From: Myxococcota bacterium
GTDB taxonomy: Bacteria > Myxococcota_A > UBA796 > GCA-2862545
Direction of reading: 5' to 3'
NCBI GenBank assembly: GCA_039208735.1
Contig: JBCCQY010000076.1
Coordinates: forward strand, 1 to 39,392
DNA: 39,392 nt
The number at the start of each line of letters is the position of its first letter. Position 1 is the stretch's first letter. Both the position numbers and the translations under genes were made by a program. The notes under the pieces are model-generated. The model was not told the origin of the DNA. It saw nothing but the letters and a program-made list of their open reading frames with translations, and did not search any database. This document shows, piece after piece, positions 19,158 to 28,515 of the stretch.

Positions 19158-20242
19158 CCAAACTCGCGCAATGCTCCCAAGACCTCGGGCAACACGGCGA
19201 GTAGCGCATCAACGTGCTCAACCGAGGTGTGCGGACCCAGGGAAATCCGGAGCGCTCCTCGTGCGTCAGGCTCCCCCATTGCGATCAGCACCGGCGACGG
19301 CTCGGAAGAGCCACTGGCACACGCAGACCCTGACGAAAGCGCGAAACCTCGAAGATCCAACGCCTGCACCAAGGTCTCTCCTTCGATGCCGTCGAATACG
19401 ACGCAGGTATGGGTGGGGACCCGAGGGGCGTCCTCCCCCATCTCTCGCGCCCCCAACGCTCGCAACCCCGCCCGAAGCTTGCGCGCAAGCGTCGTCCACC
19501 GGGCCAAACGTGCCTTGGTCTCGAGCTGAGCCAGCCGGCACGCGACCCCAAAGCCCACCACGCCCGCCACGTTCACCGTGCCCGACCTCAGTCCGCGCTC
19601 CTGTCCTCCCCCACCAAACAAGGGCACCCCGTGCTCGGCGTTGAGCAATGACAATGCGCCAACCCCCGCCGGACCTCCCAGTTTGTGAGCCGAAGCCACC
19701 ACCGTATCGGCCAAGGCCAAACCTTCGACGGGGCCTTTGCCTAGGGCCTGGGCTGCATCGCAGTGCACGTGGCGAACCCGACCCGCGGCTCGCTGCGCCA
19801 CTGCCCCCGCGACGTCTTGCCGGACGCCGGTTTCATGATTCACCGCCATGCAGCACAGCACATCTGCATCGGCGGTGCTAACCTCGATGCGACCTGCCCC
19901 ATCGACAGCAAGGGGCCGAATGTCGAGGCCGGCGAGGACGGCGGCGGCCGACACGCACGGGTGTTCCACCCCCGACACGGCGACGGTGGTGGCTCCCTGG
20001 GCCGCGGCGATTCGAAGTGCATGGTGATTCGCCTCGGTCGCCCCCGATCCAAAGACCACGCCCGCCACGGGCCGCTCCAAGAGTGCGGCCACCTCGGCGC
20101 GGGCAGCCTCGACCGCGGACGCAGCGCGCTGCCCCGCCCGATGCGCCGAGCCCGGGTTGGCCGGCGCACCCCACCATGGCGCCATGGCCTCCCGCACCTC
20201 GGGCAACAGGGGAGAAGTGGAAGCATGGTCCAGGTACATCAT
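19154..20242 (-). CDS. Cysteine desulfurase, group I (IscS/NifS-like, PLP-dependent)
   Basis: Motifs YLDHASTSP, ANPGSAH, SGATEAN, NHETG, HCDAAQALGK, SAHK (PLP Lys), GGGQE.GLRSGT and SSGSACASG (catalytic Cys). Confidence 0.9.
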   Translation of the reverse strand: MMYLDHASTSPLLPEVREAMAPWWGAPANPGSAHRAGQRAASAVEAARAEVAALLERPVAGVVFGSGATEANHHALRIAAAQGATTVAVSGVEHPCVSAAAVLAGLDIRPLAVDGAGRIEVSTADADVLCCMAVNHETGVRQDVAGAVAQRAAGRVRHVHCDAAQALGKGPVEGLALADTVVASAHKLGGPAGVGALSLLNAEHGVPLFGGGGQERGLRSGTVNVAGVVGFGVACRLAQLETKARLARWTTLARKLRAGLRALGAREMGEDAPRVPTHTCVVFDGIEGETLVQALDLRGFALSSGSACASGSSEPSPVLIAMGEPDARGALRISLGPHTSVEHVDALLAVLPEVLGALREFG

Positions 20243-20733
20243 GGCTCTACCTGAACAAAAGGGCGGAGGCGCTCTACGGTCGCTGGCCCGATGCCCCGAA
20301 CCCGATCGAGATCATCGATCGACGAAAACCCTCCGTTCGATGCGCGATCGGTCACGATCCGCGCCGCGGTGCGTTCCCCAATGCCGGGGACGGTGGCCAA
20401 CGTGGCTTCATCGGCCATCGCCAAGTTGACCCGCTGTCCTACGAGCATGGGATCAGATGGCGACGCCACCTGCGCGACCAACCCGTTCCATACAACGCGG
20501 TGGCCCTCGGGCACCCTACGAAGGTCTTCGGGCGGGACATCGACCCCAGCGGCGAAGAGAGCATTTTGCACGGTTGGGACTTCCACGACGTGGTAGCCCG
20601 GCTGTGGCACCGCGCCACGGACCTCGACGACCGCACCCACCGGAAACTGCCCTTGCCACCAGGACCGAGTGCCGGCAATGGTCAACAACAAGGCCCAAAG
20701 GGCGACGAGCAACCCCTTCTGTTCCCGCTTCAT
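20239..20733 (-). CDS. comEA: ComEA-family helix-hairpin-helix DNA-binding protein
   Basis: N-terminal TM; VEVRGAVPQPG (SLBB-like); VNLAMA...LATVPGIGERTAARIV..R...GGFSSIDDL.RVRGIGP tandem HhH. Confidence 0.8.
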   Translation of the reverse strand: MKREQKGLLVALWALLLTIAGTRSWWQGQFPVGAVVEVRGAVPQPGYHVVEVPTVQNALFAAGVDVPPEDLRRVPEGHRVVWNGLVAQVASPSDPMLVGQRVNLAMADEATLATVPGIGERTAARIVTDRASNGGFSSIDDLDRVRGIGPATVERLRPFVQVEP

Positions 20734-21185
20734 ACGACCCCCTCGACCAGGGCACGATGCCGGGGGCCCGTGGCGATCAGTTCGATTTCACGGACGTCTG
20801 GAGCGCCTGCACGTTCGTGCAAGACGACCTCCAGACGGTCGTTCGGCAAGGCGTTGGGGAACCGCGTGGCCCACTCCATCACCACCACACCGTCATCCGC
20901 CTCTTCGAGGCCCAATCCATCGATTTCGTCACCGGCCGTCAACCGATACGCATCGACGTGCCACAACGGAAGACGGCCTGACTCGTGCAAGGCCACGAGA
21001 ATGAAGGTGGGACTAGAGACCACCGAGGAAACCGACAAACCAGCGCCCACTCCCTTCGCGAACACCGTCTTTCCCGCGCCGAGGTCCCCCCCAAGTGCGA
21101 TGAAGGTGCCCGGAACCGCAAGGGTGCCCAGTCGCTCGCCGAGCTGCCACGTCTCGTCTCGGCTTTGGCTGATGATCCGCGTCAT
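20730..21185 (-). CDS. tsaE: tRNA threonylcarbamoyladenosine biosynthesis ATPase
   Basis: Motifs ET..LG..LG, LGGDLGAGKTVF, VSSPTF, HVDAYRL and VMEW. ATG at 21185. Confidence 0.92.
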   Translation of the reverse strand: MTRIISQSRDETWQLGERLGTLAVPGTFIALGGDLGAGKTVFAKGVGAGLSVSSVVSSPTFILVALHESGRLPLWHVDAYRLTAGDEIDGLGLEEADDGVVVMEWATRFPNALPNDRLEVVLHERAGAPDVREIELIATGPRHRALVEGVV

Positions 21186-21239
21186 GTGCACGTCTTCGCG
21201 TCGGCGCGGGCCCACGTCAAGGAAGTCTCGCCGACGAGG

Positions 21240-22682
21240 TCAGGCAACGAAGGCATTGGCGACGTCAGGAAGCCGGCTTGCGATGTCCCGTGCCCGCCAC
21301 CCTACTCGACGGTCCGCCCAAAGGGCATCGCCAGTGGCGCCGTGCACATACGCCCCGAATCGCGCCGCTGGGCCCGCCGGCACCCCTCGGCCGAGCAACG
21401 CCCCCACGACACCGGCCAAGACGTCACCCGAGCCCCCCGTGGCGAGCGCAGGACTCCCCGTGGGATTGATGGTGATGCGGTCAGGGTCCGCAACCAAAGT
21501 GTGGCGGCCCTTCAAGAGGACCGTGCCGCGGTCGCGAAGGCGCTCCAAGGCCGAGAGTCGATCCGCTTCGACGTCACGAGCGCTGATGCCAAGCAGGCGA
21601 CCCGCCTCGCCGGGATGGGGGGTAAGCACCCGCGGGTGCGGCGTCGTCGTTACCGTGGTGCAGCGTAAGGCGTCGGCGTCGAAGACCAGCGGAACCGCGG
21701 CCTCGGCCCACCATCGCATGAGTATGTCGCGCACCTCAGGGAGCAGCGGCTGCCCGCCGCCAAGGCCTGGCCCCACGACGACCGCGTCGTACGACGCGGG
21801 CTGAACGAACGGAAGGTCGTCGGTGACGACCATGACTTCAGGCGGAAGAGCGCTCAAGCGGGGCACCGCTGCAGGCGGGACCCTCAGCGTGACCAGGCCT
21901 GCCCCTGCGGCAAGGGCCCCTTCACAAGCGAGAATGGCCGCGCCGGCCATCGCCACGGAACCTGCGACCACCAGCACATGACCTGAACGGCCTTTGTGGT
22001 CGGTCGAACGACGCGCCGGCCAACGTACATCCGAGGGCTCAAGGAGCCACGCTGCAGCGTCATCAGGCTGCCCCACCGCATCCAAGCCGATGTCGATAAG
22101 TCTGGTTTCACCGCACGAAAGTGGTCCCTCTCCGACGAACAGGGCGGGTTTCCATCGACCCAACGTCAGGGTCGCTACGGCGTCAAAGGCCGGTCCACGC
22201 CATTGCCCCGTGTCGGCATCGAGCCCACTCGGCAAGTCCACCGCGATCACCCGGTGTACCGCAAACCGAGCCGTCGCCTCCGCGGCCACGCCGTCGAGGG
22301 GCCGGGACAGACCGGTGCCGAAGAGTGCGTCAATGATCCAAGTCTCGGGCGAAGGTGCGGCCACCTCACGGACGCCGATGCGGCGTGCGATTTCGGCCAT
22401 GACCCGGGCATCGTCGGTTGCAGGTGGCAAAACGGGCCAAACCGAGACGTCGATTCCCCAACCATGCAGCCAACGAGCAAGCGCCCATCCGTCACCGCCA
22501 TTGTTTCCAGGACCACAGGCCACACAGACCGAGGCATCCCGAATGGCCGGCACGTGCTCGAGGAGACCGTGGGCCAACCCCGAGACGGCCGCTTCCATAA
22601 GGGCGAGCGAAGGAAGGCCTTGATCCTCAATGATCCGTCGATCGAGTTCGCGGACCGCCGCCGCGCGGCACACGGGCTTCAC
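21240..22682 (-). CDS. nnr: Bifunctional NAD(P)HX epimerase/dehydratase (YjeF)
   Basis: Epimerase: LMEAA, CGPGNNGGDG, IDALFGTG, AVDLPSG. Dehydratase: HKG..G.VLVVAGS, GAGLV, GPGLG, DADAL, LTPHPGE, LLKG, LATGGSGDVLAG. Confidence 0.93.
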   Translation of the reverse strand: MKPVCRAAAVRELDRRIIEDQGLPSLALMEAAVSGLAHGLLEHVPAIRDASVCVACGPGNNGGDGWALARWLHGWGIDVSVWPVLPPATDDARVMAEIARRIGVREVAAPSPETWIIDALFGTGLSRPLDGVAAEATARFAVHRVIAVDLPSGLDADTGQWRGPAFDAVATLTLGRWKPALFVGEGPLSCGETRLIDIGLDAVGQPDDAAAWLLEPSDVRWPARRSTDHKGRSGHVLVVAGSVAMAGAAILACEGALAAGAGLVTLRVPPAAVPRLSALPPEVMVVTDDLPFVQPASYDAVVVGPGLGGGQPLLPEVRDILMRWWAEAAVPLVFDADALRCTTVTTTPHPRVLTPHPGEAGRLLGISARDVEADRLSALERLRDRGTVLLKGRHTLVADPDRITINPTGSPALATGGSGDVLAGVVGALLGRGVPAGPAARFGAYVHGATGDALWADRRVGWRARDIASRLPDVANAFVA

Positions 22683-23980
22683 GACAGCACATCGCGCGCG
22701 ATGCGCTCGACCTCGACCAAAACGGCATCGACACCGGCTTGGTCTTGCCCTTCCACCAAGATGCGTAGCACGGGCTCCGTCCCCGAATAGCGAAGAAACA
22801 CCCTACCATGTGGACCAAGACGATCTGCGGCCGCCGCCCGAGCCTCTTGCAGCGGGGCAATTTCCGCGAGAGGGGGACGCTGCGCGACCGGGACCTTGGC
22901 CACCGATCGAGGCAACGGCTTAAAGCCCGCAAACGCCTCCGACAGCGTGTCGTGGGTGGCCCAGGCCAGCCCCAACGTCCGGAGCCCCGTCACCAACCCA
23001 TCGCCCGCGGCCACGTCGCCGAACAACACGTGGCCTGACTCTTCGCCTCCAAGCGGAATCGACAAGGCATCCATCTGCTCGCGCACAAACCGATCGCCAA
23101 CCGCCGTGCGGACCACGCGCACGCCGGGTAACGCGGGCTCAAGCCCCCCGTTGCTCATCACCGTGACCACCAGCCCTGACACCTGCATTTCGGTGGCGAG
23201 CGACCACAACACCGCATCGCCGGGCACCAAGGCCCCTCGTTCATCGACGATGCGGCAGCGATCGCCATCACCGTCGAGCGCGATGCCCCCGTCGCATTGA
23301 TGCTCGACCACCGCCGCTTGCAACGTGTGCAGGTGCTCGGAGCCACAGCCCTCGTTGATGGCCCCGGGTGCCTTGACGATGTGGATTTCCGCTGGCCAAT
23401 CGTCGCCGAGCCAGTTGCCGGCACCCGCCGCTGCACCGTTGGCGAAATCAAAGGCAATGCGCTTGCCTGCGAAGGCCTGTGCCGATGGCATCGTACGACG
23501 CACGGTGCGTCGCCACTCATCGAGGACCGCCCGACCAACGTTTTCATTGGGGGCTCCACCGTCGACTTCGGGCGGGGTCTCGGCGATCCATGCCTCGACG
23601 GCCCGACTGGCCGCTTCATCGAGTTTGCGCCCCCGCGACCCCACGATCTTGAATCCGTTGTCGTGAGCCGGATTGTGAGAGGCCGTGACCATGATGCCCA
23701 CATCCGCGATGCCCGAGTCGATGGCAAGACCCACGGCGGAGGTGGGAACCACGCCGGCGGCTAACCACACTCCTCCGGCCGAGGTGATGCCGGCTCCCGC
23801 CGCTCGCGCCAAATCTGGGCTTGAGGGCCTGGTGTCGTGACCCACCACCACACGGCGCCCTCCTGTGGCCTGGGCCAACCGAATAGCGGCCCGGCCCACG
23901 CGAACCGCCACGGACTCGGTGATGGGATGCGTGCCCGCCCGACCGCGGATTCCGTCCGTGCCAAACCCAATCGTCGTCAT
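22679..23980 (-). CDS. glmM: Phosphoglucosamine mutase
   Basis: Motifs FGTDGIRG, GHDTRPS, TASHNP..DNGFK (phospho-Ser), DGDGDR, TVMSN, VGDRFV, GGEESGH, GDG and RYSGTEP..RI.VE. Follows cdaA-cdaR; ATGA overlap. Confidence 0.93.
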   Translation of the reverse strand: MTTIGFGTDGIRGRAGTHPITESVAVRVGRAAIRLAQATGGRRVVVGHDTRPSSPDLARAAGAGITSAGGVWLAAGVVPTSAVGLAIDSGIADVGIMVTASHNPAHDNGFKIVGSRGRKLDEAASRAVEAWIAETPPEVDGGAPNENVGRAVLDEWRRTVRRTMPSAQAFAGKRIAFDFANGAAAGAGNWLGDDWPAEIHIVKAPGAINEGCGSEHLHTLQAAVVEHQCDGGIALDGDGDRCRIVDERGALVPGDAVLWSLATEMQVSGLVVTVMSNGGLEPALPGVRVVRTAVGDRFVREQMDALSIPLGGEESGHVLFGDVAAGDGLVTGLRTLGLAWATHDTLSEAFAGFKPLPRSVAKVPVAQRPPLAEIAPLQEARAAAADRLGPHGRVFLRYSGTEPVLRILVEGQDQAGVDAVLVEVERIARDVLS

Positions 23981-24924
23981 CGTCGCTCCACACGGACGCT
24001 CTGGGGCTGGACCCGGGTGACCGCGACTTCCGATCCGCCGGGGCGCCAAATCTCGATCCGAGGCCCGCGCTGCGCCCCATAGCGTGCCTCGGCCGTCGCG
24101 GGGGCGCCCTTGGGCAAGCGGACGAACGCCACCACGGCAGACTCTCCGAGTCCATCCAGGATGGCGGCGGGTCCTCGCAGACTCACCGTGACGGTGGTGG
24201 GTTCAGGCACGTAGCCGTAGTCGTCGTAGATGATCACGGGCACCGAAAGATCCTCGACGGTTCGTGTCACGACCACCACATCCACCATGGCCTGTGGGAC
24301 CTCGTCGTTCAGCGTTTGCACGCCCCACGGAAGGTCCAGCGGGGCATCCACCGTCACGGCATCGGTGAGCGAGGACAGGTCGATGGGCTTCGTGAACACA
24401 TGGTCGAGACGGGACAACACCTTGCGAGGTCCTTCGACATCGATGACCTCGGGTTCGATGGTCAGCCCACGAATCTCGTAGGCAGGCGGCGGGTCTCCGA
24501 CCGGGCGAGGCTTGACTTGGACCTTCTGCTGAATGCGTTCATCGAGTTCGAGGGCCACCGTCGATGGCTCTACGCCCAACACCGTCAACGATTCAGGCAC
24601 CGACCAGTCGATCGACGACAGATCGACCACGTGCTCGCCCATCGGCAGGCCCGTCAGATCGATCCGTTGCTCTACACCGGCCGTACGCGCCCGACTCGTG
24701 GCTGCGCGCGCCCCTTCCACCACCACCGTGACCTGGTTGCGGAGTGGCTCGGTGGTCACCAGACCGTCCGGCAGGACCCACCGCACCCGCATCGGCACCG
24801 GGGTCTCGCGCGCGACATCTTGCTGTACGAACAACCAAGCGGTCACCGCGAGGAGGAGCGCAAGCCCCTTGGTGAAGGGATCGTAGGTGATCCACGCGAC
24901 GAAGCGTTGCCAAAGGTCAGCCAC
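23977..24924 (-). CDS. cdaR: CdaR/YbbR-domain regulator of diadenylate cyclase
   Basis: N-terminal TM (KGLALLLAVTAWLFV) followed by about three YbbR-like beta repeats (VTVVVEG, P.VIDVEGP, P.TVTVSLRGP). Lies between cdaA and glmM. Confidence 0.82.
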   Translation of the reverse strand: MADLWQRFVAWITYDPFTKGLALLLAVTAWLFVQQDVARETPVPMRVRWVLPDGLVTTEPLRNQVTVVVEGARAATSRARTAGVEQRIDLTGLPMGEHVVDLSSIDWSVPESLTVLGVEPSTVALELDERIQQKVQVKPRPVGDPPPAYEIRGLTIEPEVIDVEGPRKVLSRLDHVFTKPIDLSSLTDAVTVDAPLDLPWGVQTLNDEVPQAMVDVVVVTRTVEDLSVPVIIYDDYGYVPEPTTVTVSLRGPAAILDGLGESAVVAFVRLPKGAPATAEARYGAQRGPRIEIWRPGGSEVAVTRVQPQSVRVERR

Positions 24925-25756
24925 TAGCGCGCTCTGCCGATGGCACGACTTCGCTGCTTACATCCGTGTCATCGAGCTTCTCGACCAGCTGTTGCCGAAG
25001 GTCGTTCGCATCGGCCACCGGAGTGACGTTGCCCCGCTTGACCAGCGCGACCGTACCGCGCTCCTCGGACACCACAAGGGCCAAGCCATCACTCGCCTCG
25101 GTCAGTCCGATGGCGGCCCGGTGCCGAGTGCCCCACGCCCGGGAAAGCTCCTTCGACAAGGAGATCGGCAAGAACACGCCTGCGGCGACGATGCGCTCAC
25201 CCATAATGACCACTGCGCCATCATGAAGCGGCGAAGACGGGTGAAAGATCGACTGCAGCAGCTCTGTGCTCACAACGGCATCGAGGGGGTGGGTGCCTTC
25301 GGTGAAGCGCTCCAACGAGACCGAACGCTCGATGACGATGAGGGCTCCGATCTTGCGGTGAGCCAAGGCGAAACAGGCCTTGATGACCTCTTCCATGACG
25401 CCCGCCTCAGCCCGGCGCGGACTGGGGGCCGAAGAGGCAAAGAACGTACCTCCCGCCTTGGCCAACGCCCGTCGAATGTCGTCCTGAAACAGGATGAGGA
25501 GCGCGATGATCACGAACTCGAACAGGTGGTCGAGCACCCAATGCAAGGTCGTGAAGTGCACCCAGTCGCTAACCACATGGAGCACAAACAACAGGCTGAG
25601 TCCGACGAGACTCTGAAACGCGCGGGTCGCCTGCATCGCCCGCAACACCCCGTAGAATACGGCCGTCAATAAGGCGATGTCGAGCCAATCGACGAGGCTC
25701 GCGGTCACGAAGGGTTCAACCAGCCAATTCCCGATCACGACGCCGGGCTCTTGCAA
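24917..25756 (-). CDS. cdaA: Diadenylate cyclase (c-di-AMP synthase), CdaA/DacA type
   Basis: Three N-terminal TMs, LFQDDIRRAL, IGALIVIER, SPLHDGAV (DGA), GTRHRAAIG (RHR) and VVSEERG. TTG start overlaps the folP end. Confidence 0.93.
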   Translation of the reverse strand: MQEPGVVIGNWLVEPFVTASLVDWLDIALLTAVFYGVLRAMQATRAFQSLVGLSLLFVLHVVSDWVHFTTLHWVLDHLFEFVIIALLILFQDDIRRALAKAGGTFFASSAPSPRRAEAGVMEEVIKACFALAHRKIGALIVIERSVSLERFTEGTHPLDAVVSTELLQSIFHPSSPLHDGAVVIMGERIVAAGVFLPISLSKELSRAWGTRHRAAIGLTEASDGLALVVSEERGTVALVKRGNVTPVADANDLRQQLVEKLDDTDVSSEVVPSAERASG

Positions 25757-26538
25757 GCAAGGTAGACCGTCAGCGCGTCATGGGTCTCGCGAACATCGTG
25801 TACCCGAAGCCAGTCCGCCCCTGAATCGACCGCAGCCAGCGCGGCTCCCACCGATCCGGCCATCCGCGCCGCCGCGTTGGGCTGTTCGGTAAGACGTCCG
25901 ATGAACGACTTGCGCGATGCCCCGATCAGAACGGGGTAGCCGAGCGCTTTAAACCGAGGGACGGAGGCGATGATTTTCGGATTGTCGGCCGCTGCTTTTC
26001 CAAACCCAACCCCGGGATCCACCACGATGCGTTCAGCCCCAATGCCGGACGCACGGGCCCGATCGGCCGCCTCGCCAAGGGAGGCCGCAATGTCACCAAT
26101 GAGGTCGTCGTAGTTCGTGTCGCGTTGCATCGTCTTCGGGACGCCGCGCATGTGCATCAGTACGTACCGTACCCCGGTCTTGGCCACGAGCGACAACATG
26201 TGGGGGTCACGGCCTGCGGACACGTCGTTGACGATGCAGGCTCCTGACTCAATAGCCACGCGAGCCACCTCCGCCTTTTGCGTGTCAATGCTCACTTGGG
26301 CATTGGGCCGAGCCTTCAACACGCCTTCAATGACGGGCCGTACCCGAGCGATCTCCGCCGCTTCCGTGACCGCTTCGGACCCGGGTCGGGTCGACTCCCC
26401 CCCTACGTCGAGGACCGTCGCCCCTTCATCGAGCATGCGGAGCCCGTGGTCGACGGCCACTCGGGGAATGACGAAGCGGCCCCCGTCCGAAAACGAATCG
26501 GGGGTCACGTTCAAGACGCCCATCAGTTCGGGCATCAT
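25735..26538 (-). CDS. folP: Dihydropteroate synthase
   Basis: Motifs MGVLNVTPDSFSDGG, DVGGESTRPG, SIDT, VNDVS, LMHMRG.P.TMQ, DPGVGFGK, GASRKSFIG and RVHDV. Directly downstream of ftsH. Confidence 0.95.
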   Translation of the reverse strand: MMPELMGVLNVTPDSFSDGGRFVIPRVAVDHGLRMLDEGATVLDVGGESTRPGSEAVTEAAEIARVRPVIEGVLKARPNAQVSIDTQKAEVARVAIESGACIVNDVSAGRDPHMLSLVAKTGVRYVLMHMRGVPKTMQRDTNYDDLIGDIAASLGEAADRARASGIGAERIVVDPGVGFGKAAADNPKIIASVPRFKALGYPVLIGASRKSFIGRLTEQPNAAARMAGSVGAALAAVDSGADWLRVHDVRETHDALTVYLACKSPAS

Positions 26539-26545
26539 GGTCTGA

Positions 26546-28393
26546 TCACACCGGCGCGGGCTCGAACCAGCCGCGCTCCGGCGAAACGGGGCCCGACTCT
26601 TCGACGAGCTTCGCAAACTCGTCGGCATCGAGGGATTCCCGCTCAATCAGGGTCTGGGCGACCTTATGCAGGACGTGCACATTCGTCTGGAGGATGTTCT
26701 TCGCCGCCTCATAGGCGCCGGTCAGAATGGAACGAACTTCCTCATCGATGCGACGGGCGGTGTGCTCCGAGTAGTTCTTCACGCGGCCCATCTGTCGCCC
26801 GATGAAGACCTGCTCTCCGCCGCCTCCGTCGTTCCAGGCCACCGGCCCCAGGTCGGAACTCATGCCGAGGTCACACACCATGCGTCGGGCGATGTTCGTG
26901 GCCTGCTGGATGTCGTTCATCGCCCCGCCCGTGACCGCTTCGAACACGATCTCTTCGGCAGCCCGCCCCCCCATCGCCATGGCGATGCTGTTGATCAGCT
27001 GCTCACGGGTCTGTGACAGGCGATCTTCCGAGGGCAGCGTCCAGGTCACCCCAAGGGCTCGCCCACGGGGAACGATGGTGATCTTGTGGACCGGGTCGTG
27101 CCCGGGTAGCAGGTGCGCCACAAGCGCGTGACCGGCTTCGTGGTAGGCCGTCTTCTTCTTTTCAGGCTCGGGCATGTGCATCGAGCGTCGCTCGGGGCCC
27201 ATGTAGATCTTGGATCGCGCCTCTTCGAAGTCCGACATGTCGACGGCATTCTTGTCGCGACGTGCCGCTAAGAGCGCCGCTTCATTGCAAAGGTTCTCGA
27301 GGTCAGCCCCCGAGAAGCCCGGCGTCACCTTCGCGAGCCGCTGCATGTCGACATCATCGGCGAGTGGCATTTTGCGGGAGTGAATGGCGAGGATCTTGGC
27401 CCGACCCTTCACGTCGGGGGCCGGCACCGTCACGCGGCGGTCGAAACGACCCGGGCGCAGCAACGCAGGATCGAGCACGTCAGGCCGGTTCGTGGCGGCC
27501 ACGATGATGACGGACTCGTTGTCCTCAAAGCCATCCATTTCGACGAGGAGCTGGTTGAGGGTCTGCTCGCGCTCGTCATGGCCCCCGCCGAGGCCGGCGC
27601 CGCGATGACGGCCCACGGCGTCGATCTCATCGATGAAGATGATGCAGGGCTGGTGTTTCTTGCCCTGTTCGAAGAGGTCGCGAACGCGCGAAGCCCCCAC
27701 GCCCACGAACATCTCGACAAAGTCTGAGCCCGAGATCGAGAAGAACGGCACGCCGGCTTCGCCCGCCACGGCACGAGCGAGGAGCGTCTTGCCGGTGCCG
27801 GGAGGACCCATGAGCAGCACTCCCTTCGGAATGCGCCCACCCAGGCGGGTGAATTTGCGCGGATCGCGGAGGAACTCGACGATCTCTTGCAGCTCTTCCT
27901 TGGACTCATCGATGCCGGCGACGTCGGCAAACGTCACACGGCGTCCCGTCTCGTTCTGAAGCCGTGCGCGGGACTTACCGAACGACAGCGCGCGTCCGTT
28001 GGCGCCTTGCAGATTGCGGGCGAAGAACCAAAGCAAAATACCAAAGCCAAGCAGTGGAATGGCCACGACGGCCAGCGTCATCGTCCAGTTGTCGGTCTGC
28101 TCGCGTTCGTAGTTCGGCGTGATGCCGTGCTCTTGCAGCAGATTCACCAGCATCTGGCGCGATTCTGCGGGCGGACCCACGGTGTTGAACCGCGTGTTGT
28201 TCTTGTAGGTACCGCGGATTTCCTGACCCTGGATCGTGACGTCTTTGACTTCGTCGCGCTGGACCTTCTCGATCCATGGCCGGTAGCCGATGGTCTCGCC
28301 TGTGCTCCGCGCCTGGAGGAGTTGGACGAAGAGAAGGACCATCGCACCAATGATGACGAGCCAGATGACGTTGGCCCGGGAGAAACTCCTCAT
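26546..28393 (-). CDS. ftsH: ATP-dependent zinc metalloprotease FtsH
   Basis: Two TMs; [78 protein letters not shown] 28393 (GGAG 8 nt upstream) is preferred over 28555. Confidence 0.97.
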   Translation of the reverse strand: MRSFSRANVIWLVIIGAMVLLFVQLLQARSTGETIGYRPWIEKVQRDEVKDVTIQGQEIRGTYKNNTRFNTVGPPAESRQMLVNLLQEHGITPNYEREQTDNWTMTLAVVAIPLLGFGILLWFFARNLQGANGRALSFGKSRARLQNETGRRVTFADVAGIDESKEELQEIVEFLRDPRKFTRLGGRIPKGVLLMGPPGTGKTLLARAVAGEAGVPFFSISGSDFVEMFVGVGASRVRDLFEQGKKHQPCIIFIDEIDAVGRHRGAGLGGGHDEREQTLNQLLVEMDGFEDNESVIIVAATNRPDVLDPALLRPGRFDRRVTVPAPDVKGRAKILAIHSRKMPLADDVDMQRLAKVTPGFSGADLENLCNEAALLAARRDKNAVDMSDFEEARSKIYMGPERRSMHMPEPEKKKTAYHEAGHALVAHLLPGHDPVHKITIVPRGRALGVTWTLPSEDRLSQTREQLINSIAMAMGGRAAEEIVFEAVTGGAMNDIQQATNIARRMVCDLGMSSDLGPVAWNDGGGGEQVFIGRQMGRVKNYSEHTARRIDEEVRSILTGAYEAAKNILQTNVHVLHKVAQTLIERESLDADEFAKLVEESGPVSPERGWFEPAPV

Positions 28394-28515
28394 CGACGGA
28401 GCTCCATGTGGGGGTTCGGGTTGCGTCGCGCTCCGTGCAACGCAGAAGGACCCCCGGAGTAGGGTTGAAGGGCGGCTAGACCGCCTTTGAGAATTAACAC
28501 CGCGCCGTTCACCGA

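Noticed and set aside
17886..20733. Kinase + desulfurase + DNA-binding protein as a phosphorothioation (Dnd/Ssp) or other defence system
   Set aside because: No DndC/SspD PAPS-reductase-like, DndD/SspC ATPase or nuclease genes are present, and the context is housekeeping.
20017..21804. 595-aa plus-strand ORF (likewise 30761-32719 and 35564-37060)
   Set aside because: Arg/Pro/Ser-rich low-information translations antisense to well-supported minus-strand genes.
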